From the NCBI GenBank assembly GCA_049325335.1, contig JBMOMC010000043.1, forward strand, positions 80,262 to 144,261: a DNA stretch of 64,000 nt, in the 5' to 3' direction. A model generated the notes under the pieces. The model was given only the letters and a program-made list of their open reading frames with translations, had not been told where the DNA came from and searched no databases. Position 1 is the first letter of the stretch. Every line of letters starts with the position of its first letter. Made by a program: the position numbers and the translations under genes. Positions 19,089 to 28,656 of this stretch are shown here, one piece after another. Source of the stretch: Nitrospirota bacterium (lineage in GTDB: Bacteria > Nitrospirota > Nitrospiria > 2-01-FULL-66-17).

Positions 19089-20150
19089 ATGGCGGTATCC
19101 ACCAAGTCGATTCGAGTCGCCGTGGTCGGCGCGACCGGGTACACCGGGGGCGAACTGCTGCGCTTGTTGGCCGGACATCCTCGGGCCACGATCGCGGCCG
19201 TCACGTCGGAGCAGTCCGCGGGCAAGCCGCTGGCCGACGTGTTCCCCTCGCTCGCGCGGATCATCAACTTGCCATTGGCCGCGTTCAACGCGGAAAAAGT
19301 CGGGGCCGACGTGGACCTGGCGTTCGTGGCGCTGCCCTCCGGCGCGGCGATGGACGCGGCGGCGGCGCTCGCAACATTAGGGTGCCGCGTGGTGGACCTC
19401 AGTCCGGATTATCGGTTTGTGGATTCCCGCGTGTACCAGCGCTGGTACGGCGGACCGCATCGACATCAGAAGCTCTTGGCCAAAGCCGTGTACGGACTCC
19501 CCGAACTACATCGCCGCCGGATTGCCAAGGCGCGCGTGGTGGGCAATCCCGGGTGTTACCCCACGGGCGCGATCATCGCGTTGGCTCCGCTCGCGAAACA
19601 AGGGCTGCTCGCGCCCAGAACGCCGATCATCGTCGACGCCAAGTCCGGCATCTCGGGTGCGGGACGGGGCGCGTCGTTGCCGTACCATTTTCCCGAGGCG
19701 AACGAGGGCATGATGGCGTATAAGGTCGGTCGGCACCGGCACCAACCTGAAATCGTCCAGGAAGTGTCGCGCCTGTCCAAGCGCGCGCAAGGCGTCCTGT
19801 TCACCCCGCATCTGGCGCCCATGACGCGCGGTATTTTCTGCACCATCTACGTGGAAACGGTCAAGCCGTTCACGTCGGAACGGCTGACGGCGTTGTATCG
19901 GACCGTGTACCGCGACGAGCCGTTCGTGCGGGTGCTCGATCCGGGCGAGTCACCGCAGACCAAGGCGGTGTGGGGTTCCAATTACTGCGACATCGGCGTG
20001 GTGTCCGATCCTGAAACCAAGCGAGTGGTGCTTATGACGGCGATCGACAACCTGGTCAAAGGCGCGGCCGGACAGGCCATCCAGAACATGAACATCATGT
20101 GCGGCTTTCCGGAAACCCTCGGCTTGACCGCTCCCCCGGTGTTCCCATGA
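19089..20150 (+). CDS. argC: N-acetyl-gamma-glutamyl-phosphate reductase
   Basis: GATGYTGGEL, YGLPE, NPGCYPT, SGISGAGR, IDNLVKGAAGQAIQNMN. Confidence 0.97.
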   Translation: MAVSTKSIRVAVVGATGYTGGELLRLLAGHPRATIAAVTSEQSAGKPLADVFPSLARIINLPLAAFNAEKVGADVDLAFVALPSGAAMDAAAALATLGCRVVDLSPDYRFVDSRVYQRWYGGPHRHQKLLAKAVYGLPELHRRRIAKARVVGNPGCYPTGAIIALAPLAKQGLLAPRTPIIVDAKSGISGAGRGASLPYHFPEANEGMMAYKVGRHRHQPEIVQEVSRLSKRAQGVLFTPHLAPMTRGIFCTIYVETVKPFTSERLTALYRTVYRDEPFVRVLDPGESPQTKAVWGSNYCDIGVVSDPETKRVVLMTAIDNLVKGAAGQAIQNMNIMCGFPETLGLTAPPVFP

Positions 20151-21370
20151 CACGGCAAGCGGACGCGCCGATTCACGTGCCGGGCGGCGTGACCGCGCCC
20201 AAGGGCTTTCGCGCCGCAGCCGTGTGCGCGGGGATCAAGAAACAGGAGCGGCCCGATTTGGCGCTGCTGGTTTCGGACGTCGAGGCCTCAGTGGCCGGCG
20301 TCATGACCACGAACCGGATCAAAGCCGCGCCGCTGCTGATCGATCAACCGCGTCTCAAGCGCGGGAAAGCGCGAGCGATCGTCATCAACAGCGGGTGCGC
20401 CAACGCGTGTACCGGAGCCGAGGGTCTGGAAGACGCCAAAGCCATGGCCGCGGAAACCGCCCGCGTCCTGTCGTTGGAGGAGCGCGACATATTGGTGGCG
20501 TCGACCGGCGTGATCGGCGCGCGCATGCCCATGGACCGAGTCCGCGGCGGGATCATGCGGGCGGCGGCGCAGCTCACGGCGTCCGGCGGGCCGCAAGCCG
20601 CGACCGCGATCATGACTACCGACACGATGCCCAAGGAAATCGCGATCCGCGAGACCGGCGCTCGGGTGGCGATCACGGTCGGGGGCATGGCCAAAGGGTC
20701 GGGGATGATCCATCCCCAGATGGGCACCATGCTGGCGTTTTTGACCACGGACGCGGCGGTCGCGCCGCGCACGTTGCACGCCGTGCTCAAACGGTGCGTG
20801 GACGCGACCTTCAACACCATCGACGTGGACGGCGAAACGAGCCCCAACGACCTGGTGATCTTCATGGCCAATGGGCTGGCCAAGAACAGCCCGGTCACCT
20901 CGGGCGCGGCATTGACCACGTTCGAGGCCATGGTGCGGCAGGTGTGCGAGCGGTTGGCGTTGATGATCGTGCGCGACGGGGAAGGCGCGTCCAAACTGGT
21001 GACGCTTCGCGTCAAGAGCGCGGCCAACGCGGCCGCGGCCAAACACGTGTTGCTCGCGGTCTCGCGCTCGCCGTTGGTTCGTACCGCGTGGCACGGGGAG
21101 GACGCGAACTGGGGCCGCACCATCTCCGCGATCGGCAACGCGGGCGTGCCCATCCGTCCCGACCGCATCGCGCTCTATATCGGTCCCGTGGCCGTGGTGA
21201 AACAAGGGGTCGGGGTGGGCGCCTCCGCCGAAGCCCAGGCCGCGGTGATTCTCAAACAATCCGAATTCAGCGTGACCGTGGACTTGGGACAGGGCAAGGC
21301 GGAAGCCGTAATGCGGACGTGCGATTTGTCGCAGGACTACGTCCGCATCAACGCGTCCTACCGCTCCTGA
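20147..21370 (+). CDS. argJ: Glutamate N-acetyltransferase / ornithine acetyltransferase
   Basis: NSGCANACTG, STGVIG, IMTTDT, KGSGMIHPQMGTML, DGEGASK, DANWGR, INASYRS. Confidence 0.97.
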   Translation: MTRQADAPIHVPGGVTAPKGFRAAAVCAGIKKQERPDLALLVSDVEASVAGVMTTNRIKAAPLLIDQPRLKRGKARAIVINSGCANACTGAEGLEDAKAMAAETARVLSLEERDILVASTGVIGARMPMDRVRGGIMRAAAQLTASGGPQAATAIMTTDTMPKEIAIRETGARVAITVGGMAKGSGMIHPQMGTMLAFLTTDAAVAPRTLHAVLKRCVDATFNTIDVDGETSPNDLVIFMANGLAKNSPVTSGAALTTFEAMVRQVCERLALMIVRDGEGASKLVTLRVKSAANAAAAKHVLLAVSRSPLVRTAWHGEDANWGRTISAIGNAGVPIRPDRIALYIGPVAVVKQGVGVGASAEAQAAVILKQSEFSVTVDLGQGKAEAVMRTCDLSQDYVRINASYRS

Positions 21371-21491
21371 CCGACAATAAGGGGGCGTCTGCTGCGTTGT
21401 CGCGGCGGAGTCGCCTCCTCACGTACGATACAGTACGCTCCGGGGCGCCCCCTTGTTCCGCCTTGCAACCACCGCCCTTCTTGTCTGTCAG
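21367..21491. repeat. MITE-like palindromic intergenic element
   Basis: Imperfect terminal inverted repeat CTGACCGACAATAAGGG / CCCTTCTTGTCTGTCAG; 28-bp core shared (2 mismatches) with the element at 56160. Confidence 0.65.
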
Positions 21492-21509
21492 CGTTTTTCA
21501 ACGAATTTC

Positions 21510-21532
21510 GTAGGGGCGCACTGCGTGCGCCC
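21510..21532. repeat. GTAG-type REP-like palindrome
   Basis: GTAGGGGCGCACTGCGTGCGCCC; related to the copy at 43884. Confidence 0.65.
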
Positions 21533-21549
21533 GCTTCTTCGAAGCGACA

Positions 21550-21888
21550 CTAGGCGTTACTGAAAGCGCGGTCGGCTTTCGCCGCCAGATAGAAATCGCT
21601 TTCCGTCAGGCCGTTGATCTTGTGCGTCCAAATCTCGACGCGGCAGCGGCCCCAGCCCACGTGCAGGTCCGGGTGGTGGCCTTCTCTCTCCGCGATCTCG
21701 CCCACGCGGTTGGCAAAGACCAGGGCGTCGGCGAATTCTTTGAACTGATACGCGCGTTCGATCCGCGTGCCCTCGTGCGTCACGGTCCAGCCGGGATCGA
21801 GTTGTTTGAGCAGCACGGTGATGCGCTCGCTCGGCAGCGGGGGCACGCCGCCACGGCAGGGTATGCAAGCATTGTCGGCAAGTCCCAT
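21550..21888 (-). CDS. phhB: Pterin-4-alpha-carbinolamine dehydratase
   Basis: CIPCRGG, AEREGHHPDL, WTHKINGLTESDFYLAAK; GAGGAGG RBS. Confidence 0.92.
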   Translation of the reverse strand: MGLADNACIPCRGGVPPLPSERITVLLKQLDPGWTVTHEGTRIERAYQFKEFADALVFANRVGEIAEREGHHPDLHVGWGRCRVEIWTHKINGLTESDFYLAAKADRAFSNA

Positions 21889-21905
21889 GGTCACCTCCTC
21901 AAGGG

Positions 21906-22745
21906 TTACGCTCCGAGTCCCCAGTGCGCGCCCACCCAGCTTTTGAGCGCGATCACGGCTTTGGTGGGCGCGGTGAGGCGGATCGGCGCGTCCATTACCC
22001 GGTAGCCGGACGCTTCGATCCGATCCAAGAGCGCCTCGTACGTGCGGCCCATGATCTCGGGCGCAAGCAGTTTCCGACGGTCGGGGACCAGGCTGCGGGC
22101 GCGCGCGTGGGCTTCGCGTGCCCGGCGGCACTCAAACGCCATCAGGCGTTCGAACGCCGGTGTGTGGCGGCCGGCCAAGACATCCTCCTCGCCGCAGCCG
22201 AAGGCTTTCAGTTCGTCGAGCGGCAGGTAAATCCGCCCCATCGCTGCGTCGACTTTCACGTCGCGAATGATGTTGGTCAGTTGCAGCGACAGCCCGCGTT
22301 CAATCGCATAGGCGCGCGCCTGTTCGCTATCGACTCCAAAGATCGGCAGACACAAGAGTCCCACCGTGGACGCCACACGATAGGTGTACCGCGACAGCTC
22401 CTGGATCGTCTGATAGCGCGGGCGGCCGATGTCCATGGCCACGCCCAGCAACAACTCATCGAAATGTTCGCGGGGCAGGTGGAGCGACGTCACCACCGGC
22501 GCGAGTGCTTGGCCCACCGGCGTCTCAGGGTTCCCGGCATAGATCCGATCCAATTCACGCCGCCAGGTCAGCAGCGCGGCGCGCGCGGCATCCGGAGACG
22601 CCGCGTGATCCACCGCGTCGTCCGCCGCTCGGCAGAACCCATATACCGCGTCCAACGCGTGACGTTGCGGCCGCGAGAGCACCAGGAAGGCGTACCGGAA
22701 ATTGCTGCCGCTGGACGCGGGGCGGTCCATGACCACGGCGTTCAC
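21906..22745 (-). CDS. hpnD: Presqualene diphosphate synthase HpnD
   Basis: SGSNF.YAF, YGFCR.ADDAVD, YRVASTVG, LQLTNIIRDVK.D, GRIYLP. Confidence 0.88.
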   Translation of the reverse strand: MNAVVMDRPASSGSNFRYAFLVLSRPQRHALDAVYGFCRAADDAVDHAASPDAARAALLTWRRELDRIYAGNPETPVGQALAPVVTSLHLPREHFDELLLGVAMDIGRPRYQTIQELSRYTYRVASTVGLLCLPIFGVDSEQARAYAIERGLSLQLTNIIRDVKVDAAMGRIYLPLDELKAFGCGEEDVLAGRHTPAFERLMAFECRRAREAHARARSLVPDRRKLLAPEIMGRTYEALLDRIEASGYRVMDAPIRLTAPTKAVIALKSWVGAHWGLGA

Positions 22746-23659
22746 GGCCTGACTCGGCGGCGGGACCCGAGCGCGGCCTTGGCCAGTAACATGGCCTTGG
22801 CGCCGACTCCCAATGTGGGCCGTGCGCGAAACACGTCGTAGCCGCGCGACTCGATGCGATCCAGGATCGCGGTGCCGCCAAGCCAGACCAGGCGCAGTTC
22901 AAACGCGAGGTCTTGTCCTACGCGATCGAGCAATGGCTGGCCCTGGTCGAACAGTGCGCGGGTGCGGCCAACCAGGTCCGCCATCATCCCACGATACGCG
23001 TGGTCCGCCACGTGGGAGTGCAGGCGCGTTTCATCATAGCCGTGGCGCTCCATGTCCTCGATCGGCACGTAGATCCTGGGCTTCTTCGCGTCAATGGCCA
23101 TGTCCTGCCAGTGGTTGGTCAGTTGCAGCGCGGTGCAGATCGAATCCGACAATTCGTGCAATGCAGGGTCGCGGTACCCGAACACCGACAACACCAGTTG
23201 GCCTACGGGGTTCGCGGACAAGCGGCAGTACCCGAGCAAATCATCGTAGGTCTTGTAGCGCTCCACGAACACGTCCATCTTAAAGGCCATGAGCAGGTCT
23301 TGGAACGGTTCGACCGGCAAACGGAACGTCTCGATCGTGTCCTTGAGCGCGATGAACACCGGGTGCTGGGGCTTGCGCCACATGCACTGCAGGAGCTGGC
23401 CTTCCCAGTTCTCCAGCAACGGCAGGCGCAGATTGTCGAGGTATTGCGCTTCATCGGCAAAGTCGTCCGCCATGCGCGCAAACGCGTAGATAGCCCACAG
23501 GTATTTGCGTTTATCCGCGGGCAAGAGCCACGAGCCCACGGGAAAGTTCTCGTAATGCGCGCGCGCGACCTGCTCGCAATGCGCGTAGGACTCGTCCAGG
23601 CTCCAGACCTTTTCCTCCTGGAGTCCGAAGTCGCGGGGCACGGACGGGAGGTTGCCCAT
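22742..23659 (-). CDS. hpnC: Hydroxysqualene synthase HpnC
   Basis: HYENFPVGS, YAFARMADDFADE, YCRLSANPVG, ICTALQLTNHWQD. Confidence 0.92.
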   Translation of the reverse strand: MGNLPSVPRDFGLQEEKVWSLDESYAHCEQVARAHYENFPVGSWLLPADKRKYLWAIYAFARMADDFADEAQYLDNLRLPLLENWEGQLLQCMWRKPQHPVFIALKDTIETFRLPVEPFQDLLMAFKMDVFVERYKTYDDLLGYCRLSANPVGQLVLSVFGYRDPALHELSDSICTALQLTNHWQDMAIDAKKPRIYVPIEDMERHGYDETRLHSHVADHAYRGMMADLVGRTRALFDQGQPLLDRVGQDLAFELRLVWLGGTAILDRIESRGYDVFRARPTLGVGAKAMLLAKAALGSRRRVRP

Positions 23660-23766
23660 GCGCTGGTGATACCACAGGCTTTCCAACAGGGTCAACGTGC
23701 AGCGCGCGGCTTTCGTGGTTCCCGCGCGCCGTGCTATGATCCCACACTCTCCCCGGAGGTTGGTCC

Positions 23767-24969
23767 ATGCGCATCGGCACACCTTTGAGCCCCTCGGCTA
23801 CGCGCGTCATGTTGTTGGGTGCGGGCGAGTTGGGCAAAGAAGTCATCATCGCGTTACAGCGGTTCGGCGTGGAGGTCATTGCCGTGGACCGTTACCCCAA
23901 CGCGCCGGGGCATCAGGTGGCGCACCGCCACCACGTCATCAACATGGCCGACCCCGCGCAGTTGCGCGCGGTGATCGAACAAGAACGGCCGCGCCTGGTC
24001 GTGCCCGAGATCGAAGCCATTGCCACCGACGCATTGGTGGAGATCGAACGTGAAGGCTGGACCGAGATCATCCCCACCGCCCGCGCCGTGCGCTTGACCA
24101 TGAACCGTGAAGGCATCCGCCGCTTGGCCGCCGAGGAACTCAAACTACCCACCTCGCGCTACGCGTTCGCGGAAAGCCGCGACGCATTGCAGCAGGCGAT
24201 CGATTCCGGCATCGGCTACCCCTGCGTGGTCAAACCCGTGATGTCCTCATCGGGCAAGGGCCAATCCGTGATCAAATCGCGTGCCGACGTGGACACGGCC
24301 TGGAGTTACGCCATGACCGGCACGCGGGTGAGCCTGGGCAAGGTAATCGTGGAGGCGTTCATCGATTTTGACTTTGAGATCACGCAATTGACCGTGCGCG
24401 CGATGGGCGAATCGGGCAAGGTCGAGACATTCTTCTGCGACCCCGTGGGCCACGTGCAGATCAAGGGCGACTACGTGGAGAGTTGGCAGCCGCAAGCCAT
24501 GACGCCCACGGCCTTGGCCACGTCGCGCGAGATCGCCAAGCTCGTCACCGACAACCTAGGCGGCCGCGGCATCTTCGGCGTGGAGCTGTTCGTCAAAGGC
24601 GATCAGGTCTGGTTCTCCGAAGTCAGCCCACGTCCGCACGACACCGGCATGGTCACGATGATCAGCCAATGGCAAAGCGAGTTCGACCTGCACGCCCGCG
24701 CCATCCTGGGCCTGCCGGTCTCCACCGCGCTGAAAGCGTCGGGCGCCAGCGCGGTGATCTATGGCGGGGTGGAAGCGAAGGCCATCGCGTTCGACGGCGT
24801 GGCCGGGGCCTTGCGCGTGCCGCAAACCGAAATACGCCTATTCGGCAAACCCGAATCCTTTACCAAGCGACGCATGGGCGTGGCACTGGCGATCGGGAAG
24901 GATACGAATGAGGCTAGGCAGCGCGCGAAGTTAGCCGCGAGCCTGGTGCGACCGGTGGCGGAGGGTTGA
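23767..24969 (+). CDS. purT: Formate-dependent phosphoribosylglycinamide formyltransferase
   Basis: [53 protein letters not shown]. Confidence 0.97.
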   Translation: MRIGTPLSPSATRVMLLGAGELGKEVIIALQRFGVEVIAVDRYPNAPGHQVAHRHHVINMADPAQLRAVIEQERPRLVVPEIEAIATDALVEIEREGWTEIIPTARAVRLTMNREGIRRLAAEELKLPTSRYAFAESRDALQQAIDSGIGYPCVVKPVMSSSGKGQSVIKSRADVDTAWSYAMTGTRVSLGKVIVEAFIDFDFEITQLTVRAMGESGKVETFFCDPVGHVQIKGDYVESWQPQAMTPTALATSREIAKLVTDNLGGRGIFGVELFVKGDQVWFSEVSPRPHDTGMVTMISQWQSEFDLHARAILGLPVSTALKASGASAVIYGGVEAKAIAFDGVAGALRVPQTEIRLFGKPESFTKRRMGVALAIGKDTNEARQRAKLAASLVRPVAEG

Positions 24970-25883
24970 TGGCCGCGACGGTTTCAGTGGCGTCGGGCAA
25001 GGGCGGCGTCGGCAAGAGCGTGGTCGCGAGTAACCTGGCCTTACTCTTGGCCAGACGGGGAAAGCGGGTCGTGGTGGTTGATATGGATGTTGGGGGCGCC
25101 AACATCCATATCTTGTTCGGGATGGTGAACCCTCCCGGAACCCTCACGGATTTCCTCGCTCGTCGGGTGGAGTCGCTGGAGGACGTGGCCTATCCCTTTG
25201 AACCCTGCCCGACCCTCCGGATCATTCCGGGAACCGGCGACACGCTGGCCACCGCGAATATGCCGTATGCGAGAAAGAAGCGCCTGATCAAGCACCTCAA
25301 GCAATTGTCGGCGGACGTGGTGCTGATCGACGTGGGGCCCGGCACCAACTATCATTCGCTGGATTTTTTCCTGATGGCGGATCACTACCTGATGGTCGCC
25401 ACGTCCGACCCCACGTCGGTGCTCGATCTGTACCGGTTCATCAAGCTCGCCGCGATCCGCCGGGTCCTGTCCGCCTTTGCGGCGCGCGGAGGCGTGGCCG
25501 AGGCGCTTGTAGATCGGGACTTCACCAGTATGGAAGAAGTGTTAGAGGCCGCGGGCAAGGCCGAGGAGAATGCGCTGACCGTGGGACGGGATCTCCTTAA
25601 AACGTTCCATCCCGGCCTCATCGTGAACCGCGTATCCGGCGGGCAACGGATGAACACGCTCAAACTCAAAGCCCTGTTGAAAGAGTACGTGGGCGGGGAA
25701 TTGACGGCCGTGGGAGAAATACCGGAAGACGCCGCCGTGGGGCGCTCCGTCAGGGCCTACCTCCCGGTGATCGAACACGCGCCGGAGTCACCGGCGGCCA
25801 AGGCCTTCGAGCGTATTGCAGATTGGGTAGTGGCTCACGTGGACGCTGGGTGCGACGTTGAGGCGAACAGTGAATCTGCCTGA
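24969..25883 (+). CDS. MinD/FlhG-family P-loop ATPase
   Basis: Deviant Walker A SGKGGVGKS; D.D.GGAN.H; DFF…PTS pattern of FlhG/FleN-like proteins. Confidence 0.88.
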   Translation: MAATVSVASGKGGVGKSVVASNLALLLARRGKRVVVVDMDVGGANIHILFGMVNPPGTLTDFLARRVESLEDVAYPFEPCPTLRIIPGTGDTLATANMPYARKKRLIKHLKQLSADVVLIDVGPGTNYHSLDFFLMADHYLMVATSDPTSVLDLYRFIKLAAIRRVLSAFAARGGVAEALVDRDFTSMEEVLEAAGKAEENALTVGRDLLKTFHPGLIVNRVSGGQRMNTLKLKALLKEYVGGELTAVGEIPEDAAVGRSVRAYLPVIEHAPESPAAKAFERIADWVVAHVDAGCDVEANSESA

Positions 25884-25905
25884 GTCTTCGACAAGGAGGG
25901 ATCAA

Positions 25906-26520
25906 ATGATGAAGTCCATAACTTGGATGGGTCTTATTTTCCTCGGATTGACTGCATGTGCGACGATGCGTGCGCAAACCATGACGGTTGCCACGTCCAG
26001 CGGCACGCCCGGCACCGGCCAACACGTCACTTTCAAAGGCGACGCCTTGGCGCTGGAAGGCATGGCGATTAAAGTCGGCGACACGCTGCCGTCCGCCGTG
26101 GTCACCGGCAATGACCTCAAGCCCGTGAACCTGGCCGAGGCCAAGGGCAAGGTCCGGATCATCAGCATCGTCCCCTCGATCGACACGCCCGTGTGCGAAG
26201 AGCAAACCCACGAACTGTCCGAGAAAAACGGCGGCCTCGATAAACAGGTCGAACTCATCACCGTAAGCATGGACCTGCCGTTCGCCCAGAAGCGTTTTGC
26301 CAAGGAAGCCAAGATCCACAACGTGACGTTCCTTTCCGACTACAAAGCCGGGGAATTCGGCAAGAACACCGGCCTGCTGATCCAACCCCTGCACCTCCTG
26401 GCCCGCACCGTGTTGGTGGTGGACAAGGACAATGTGATTCGCTACATGCAGGTCGTGCCGGAGATCACGAACCTGCCGGATATGCAGGCGGCGATGACGG
26501 TGACGAAGGGGCTGCTCTAA
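25906..26520 (+). CDS. tpx: Thiol peroxidase (Tpx family), putative lipoprotein
   Basis: VPSIDTPVC, SMDLPFAQKRF, LLAR.V.V.D motifs; lipobox LTA-C. Confidence 0.9.
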   Translation: MMKSITWMGLIFLGLTACATMRAQTMTVATSSGTPGTGQHVTFKGDALALEGMAIKVGDTLPSAVVTGNDLKPVNLAEAKGKVRIISIVPSIDTPVCEEQTHELSEKNGGLDKQVELITVSMDLPFAQKRFAKEAKIHNVTFLSDYKAGEFGKNTGLLIQPLHLLARTVLVVDKDNVIRYMQVVPEITNLPDMQAAMTVTKGLL

Positions 26521-26576
26521 AGATGATCGCAGGGCAGATGTTGGAGGTTTGCTTAACAACTGTCGCATGGCGGGAC

Positions 26577-26608
26577 TTGACAGACTCAATATATCAATAT
26601 ATATTGAT
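26577..26608 (+). promoter_or_regulatory. Sigma-70 promoter with overlapping palindromic operator (likely ArsR-family site)
   Basis: TTGACA (26577)-N17-TATATT (26600); perfect palindrome ATCAATATATATTGAT at 26593-26608 covers the -10. Confidence 0.8.
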
Positions 26609-26612
26609 CAAT

Positions 26613-26972
26613 ATGAAACACGGCGATCTCTTGGCGGCGCAAGTTGGGCTCTTTGCCGCGCTGGCGGACCCGACCCGGCTTCAGATTGTGAGCCTGTTGC
26701 AGGCAAAGGGCCCCATGCACGTGACCGAGATCTACGAGACCCTGGGCCGGCGGCAGAACCTTGTCTCCCACCACTTGAACTGCCTGAGGACGTGCGGCCT
26801 GGTCACGGTGGAGAAGCAGGGCCGGCTGGCCATTTACGGCTTGGCGCATCCCGAGATCGCGCGGATGCTGGAGTGGGCCGAGAAGCGGGTGCTGGACCAG
26901 GCGGAGCGCATCCTGTCGTGCCGGATCGTCGGCAAGCACCAGGGCCACGACCGCCCATCGAGAAAACGGTGA
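26613..26972 (+). CDS. ArsR/SmtB family metal-sensing repressor, CmtR-like
   Basis: FAALADPTRLQI; SHHLNCLRTCGLV CxxxC site plus a C-terminal Cys. Confidence 0.9.
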   Translation: MKHGDLLAAQVGLFAALADPTRLQIVSLLQAKGPMHVTEIYETLGRRQNLVSHHLNCLRTCGLVTVEKQGRLAIYGLAHPEIARMLEWAEKRVLDQAERILSCRIVGKHQGHDRPSRKR

Positions 26973-27226
26973 TGGCGAACGGGGACCGGCTGGTCAAGGC
27001 GGGCGCAATCGGTGCGATCATTGCGGCGCTCTGCTGTTTCACTCCGCTGCTGGTCATCCTGCTGGCTGCCGTTGGTCTGACCGCGTTCTCGGGCTACCTC
27101 GACGCTGTGCTGTTCTCCGCGCTCGCGATCTGCGTGGCGATCCTGATCTGCGGCCTGATCCTCCAGCACCGCGCCCGCGCGGCCTGCTGCCCTCAGGATC
27201 ACCGGCAGTCGGAAGGGCCTCGATGA
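26972..27226 (+). CDS. merF: Mercury transporter MerF
   Basis: AALCCFTPLLVILL…GYLD.VL; C-terminal CC; 2 TM segments. Confidence 0.88.
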   Translation: MANGDRLVKAGAIGAIIAALCCFTPLLVILLAAVGLTAFSGYLDAVLFSALAICVAILICGLILQHRARAACCPQDHRQSEGPR

Positions 27227-27576
27227 GCCGCGGCTGGACCGCCGGCGGCCTTCTGTCCGCCGCGCTGTCTTCGATCTGTTGCACAGGGCCGCTGCTCTTC
27301 TCGGTGCTGGGCGTGGGCGCCGGCGCCACGGGATTTCTGGGCGAATCGGCGCGGTTCGCCGCGGCCCTCGCGCCGTACCGGCTCTTCTTTATCGCGCTGG
27401 CGGTAGTCTTTCTGGCCCTGGGATTCCGCTCGGTCTATCGACAGCAACGGGCCTGCGCTCCCGGTTCCGGCTGCGCGCCGGCTCGGCTCAAACACACCAA
27501 AGCCTTGCTGTGGGTGGCTACGTTCATCATCGTGGCGTTCGCGCTCGCTCCCTTCTGGTTGGCTATCGGGTCTTGA
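27223..27576 (+). CDS. merT: Mercury transporter MerT
   Basis: SSICCTGPLL, LAPYR..FI, cytoplasmic C-x5-C loop, 3 TM segments. Confidence 0.9.
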   Translation: MSRGWTAGGLLSAALSSICCTGPLLFSVLGVGAGATGFLGESARFAAALAPYRLFFIALAVVFLALGFRSVYRQQRACAPGSGCAPARLKHTKALLWVATFIIVAFALAPFWLAIGS

Positions 27577-27595
27577 TCGTGAAAGGAGGCGTGTG

Positions 27596-27949
27596 ATGCG
27601 TGCAATTCAACAGACGGCGCATGCCGTGGTGATGCTCTTCGCCGTGGCCGCGGGATTGACGACCGTTCCCTCGCTCGCCTGGGCTGCTGACGCAGCCCCA
27701 AGCGAGCCGTCCACGCAGGTGACCCTTGAAGTGGACGGCATGGAGTGCCGGAGCTGCGTGAAGGACATCCGGAAGGCATTGCTGCGCGTGCCGGGCGTCT
27801 CGTCCGCGGATGTCCGATTCAAGGAGGGACGCGCGGTGGTGCGATACGATCCCCGGAAAGCCGGGGAACAGGATCTGGTGCGCGCAGTGGAGTCGGCGAG
27901 CAACGCGATATATACGTACCGGGCCAGGGTGCTGGCCCAGGGAGGCTGA
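27596..27949 (+). CDS. merP: Periplasmic HMA metal-binding protein, MerP-like
   Basis: Signal peptide AWA-A; GMECRSC HMA motif; position in the mer operon. Confidence 0.8.
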   Translation: MRAIQQTAHAVVMLFAVAAGLTTVPSLAWAADAAPSEPSTQVTLEVDGMECRSCVKDIRKALLRVPGVSSADVRFKEGRAVVRYDPRKAGEQDLVRAVESASNAIYTYRARVLAQGG

Positions 27950-27963
27950 TCGTGGCCCGGAAT

Positions 27964-28656
27964 ATGAGTTGGCAGGTGAATAGCATGGCCAGCCTGGCCA
28001 ACGAGGTGGCCAGCTGGTTTCCGAAGCTCTCCAACGAGGAACAGCAGCTCTCGATTCATCTCTATCGGCTGCTGGCCCAAGGCAGCCCGGTGGCGCCGGA
28101 ACAGCTCGCGGCGCGACTGGATCTGCCGCCGGAGCGGGTGCGGCAGACGCTCCTGGGGTGGCCCGGGGTCTTCTACGACGAGCGCGAACGCGTCATCGGC
28201 TACTGGGGCCTCGCGCTTCCCGAGATGGCCCATCGGTTTATCGTCAACGGCCGGACGCTCTATACCTGGTGCGCCTGGGACAGCCTCTTCCTTCCTGAGC
28301 TAATCGGGGAAACGGCTCGCGTGGAATCGACCTGCCCCGTGACCGGCCACGTGGTCCGGCTGGTGGTCTCCCCACAGCAGATCATTGAGACGGACCCCGT
28401 GGGTGCGGTGATGTCGTTTCTCACGCCGGAGGCGGCCCGGGTTCAAGAGGACGTGATCACCCATTTCTGCCACTTTGTTCATTTCTTTCGTTCGGACGAG
28501 GCTGGTCAGCAATGGGTATCCGAACACGAGGGGACCTTTCTGCTCTCAATGCCGGACGCGTTCACCCTGGCGCGACGGAAGAACGCGATTCGATATCCGG
28601 ATACCGGCTTGATCGCCGGGAACCTAAACCGAGGCGCGCATGTCCAAGATCGCTGA
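27964..28656 (+). CDS. merB: Organomercurial lyase (start uncertain)
   Basis: LYTWCAWDSL (catalytic Cys/Asp), STCPVTG, FCHFVHFF; N-terminal HTH. Confidence 0.9.
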   Translation: MSWQVNSMASLANEVASWFPKLSNEEQQLSIHLYRLLAQGSPVAPEQLAARLDLPPERVRQTLLGWPGVFYDERERVIGYWGLALPEMAHRFIVNGRTLYTWCAWDSLFLPELIGETARVESTCPVTGHVVRLVVSPQQIIETDPVGAVMSFLTPEAARVQEDVITHFCHFVHFFRSDEAGQQWVSEHEGTFLLSMPDAFTLARRKNAIRYPDTGLIAGNLNRGAHVQDR

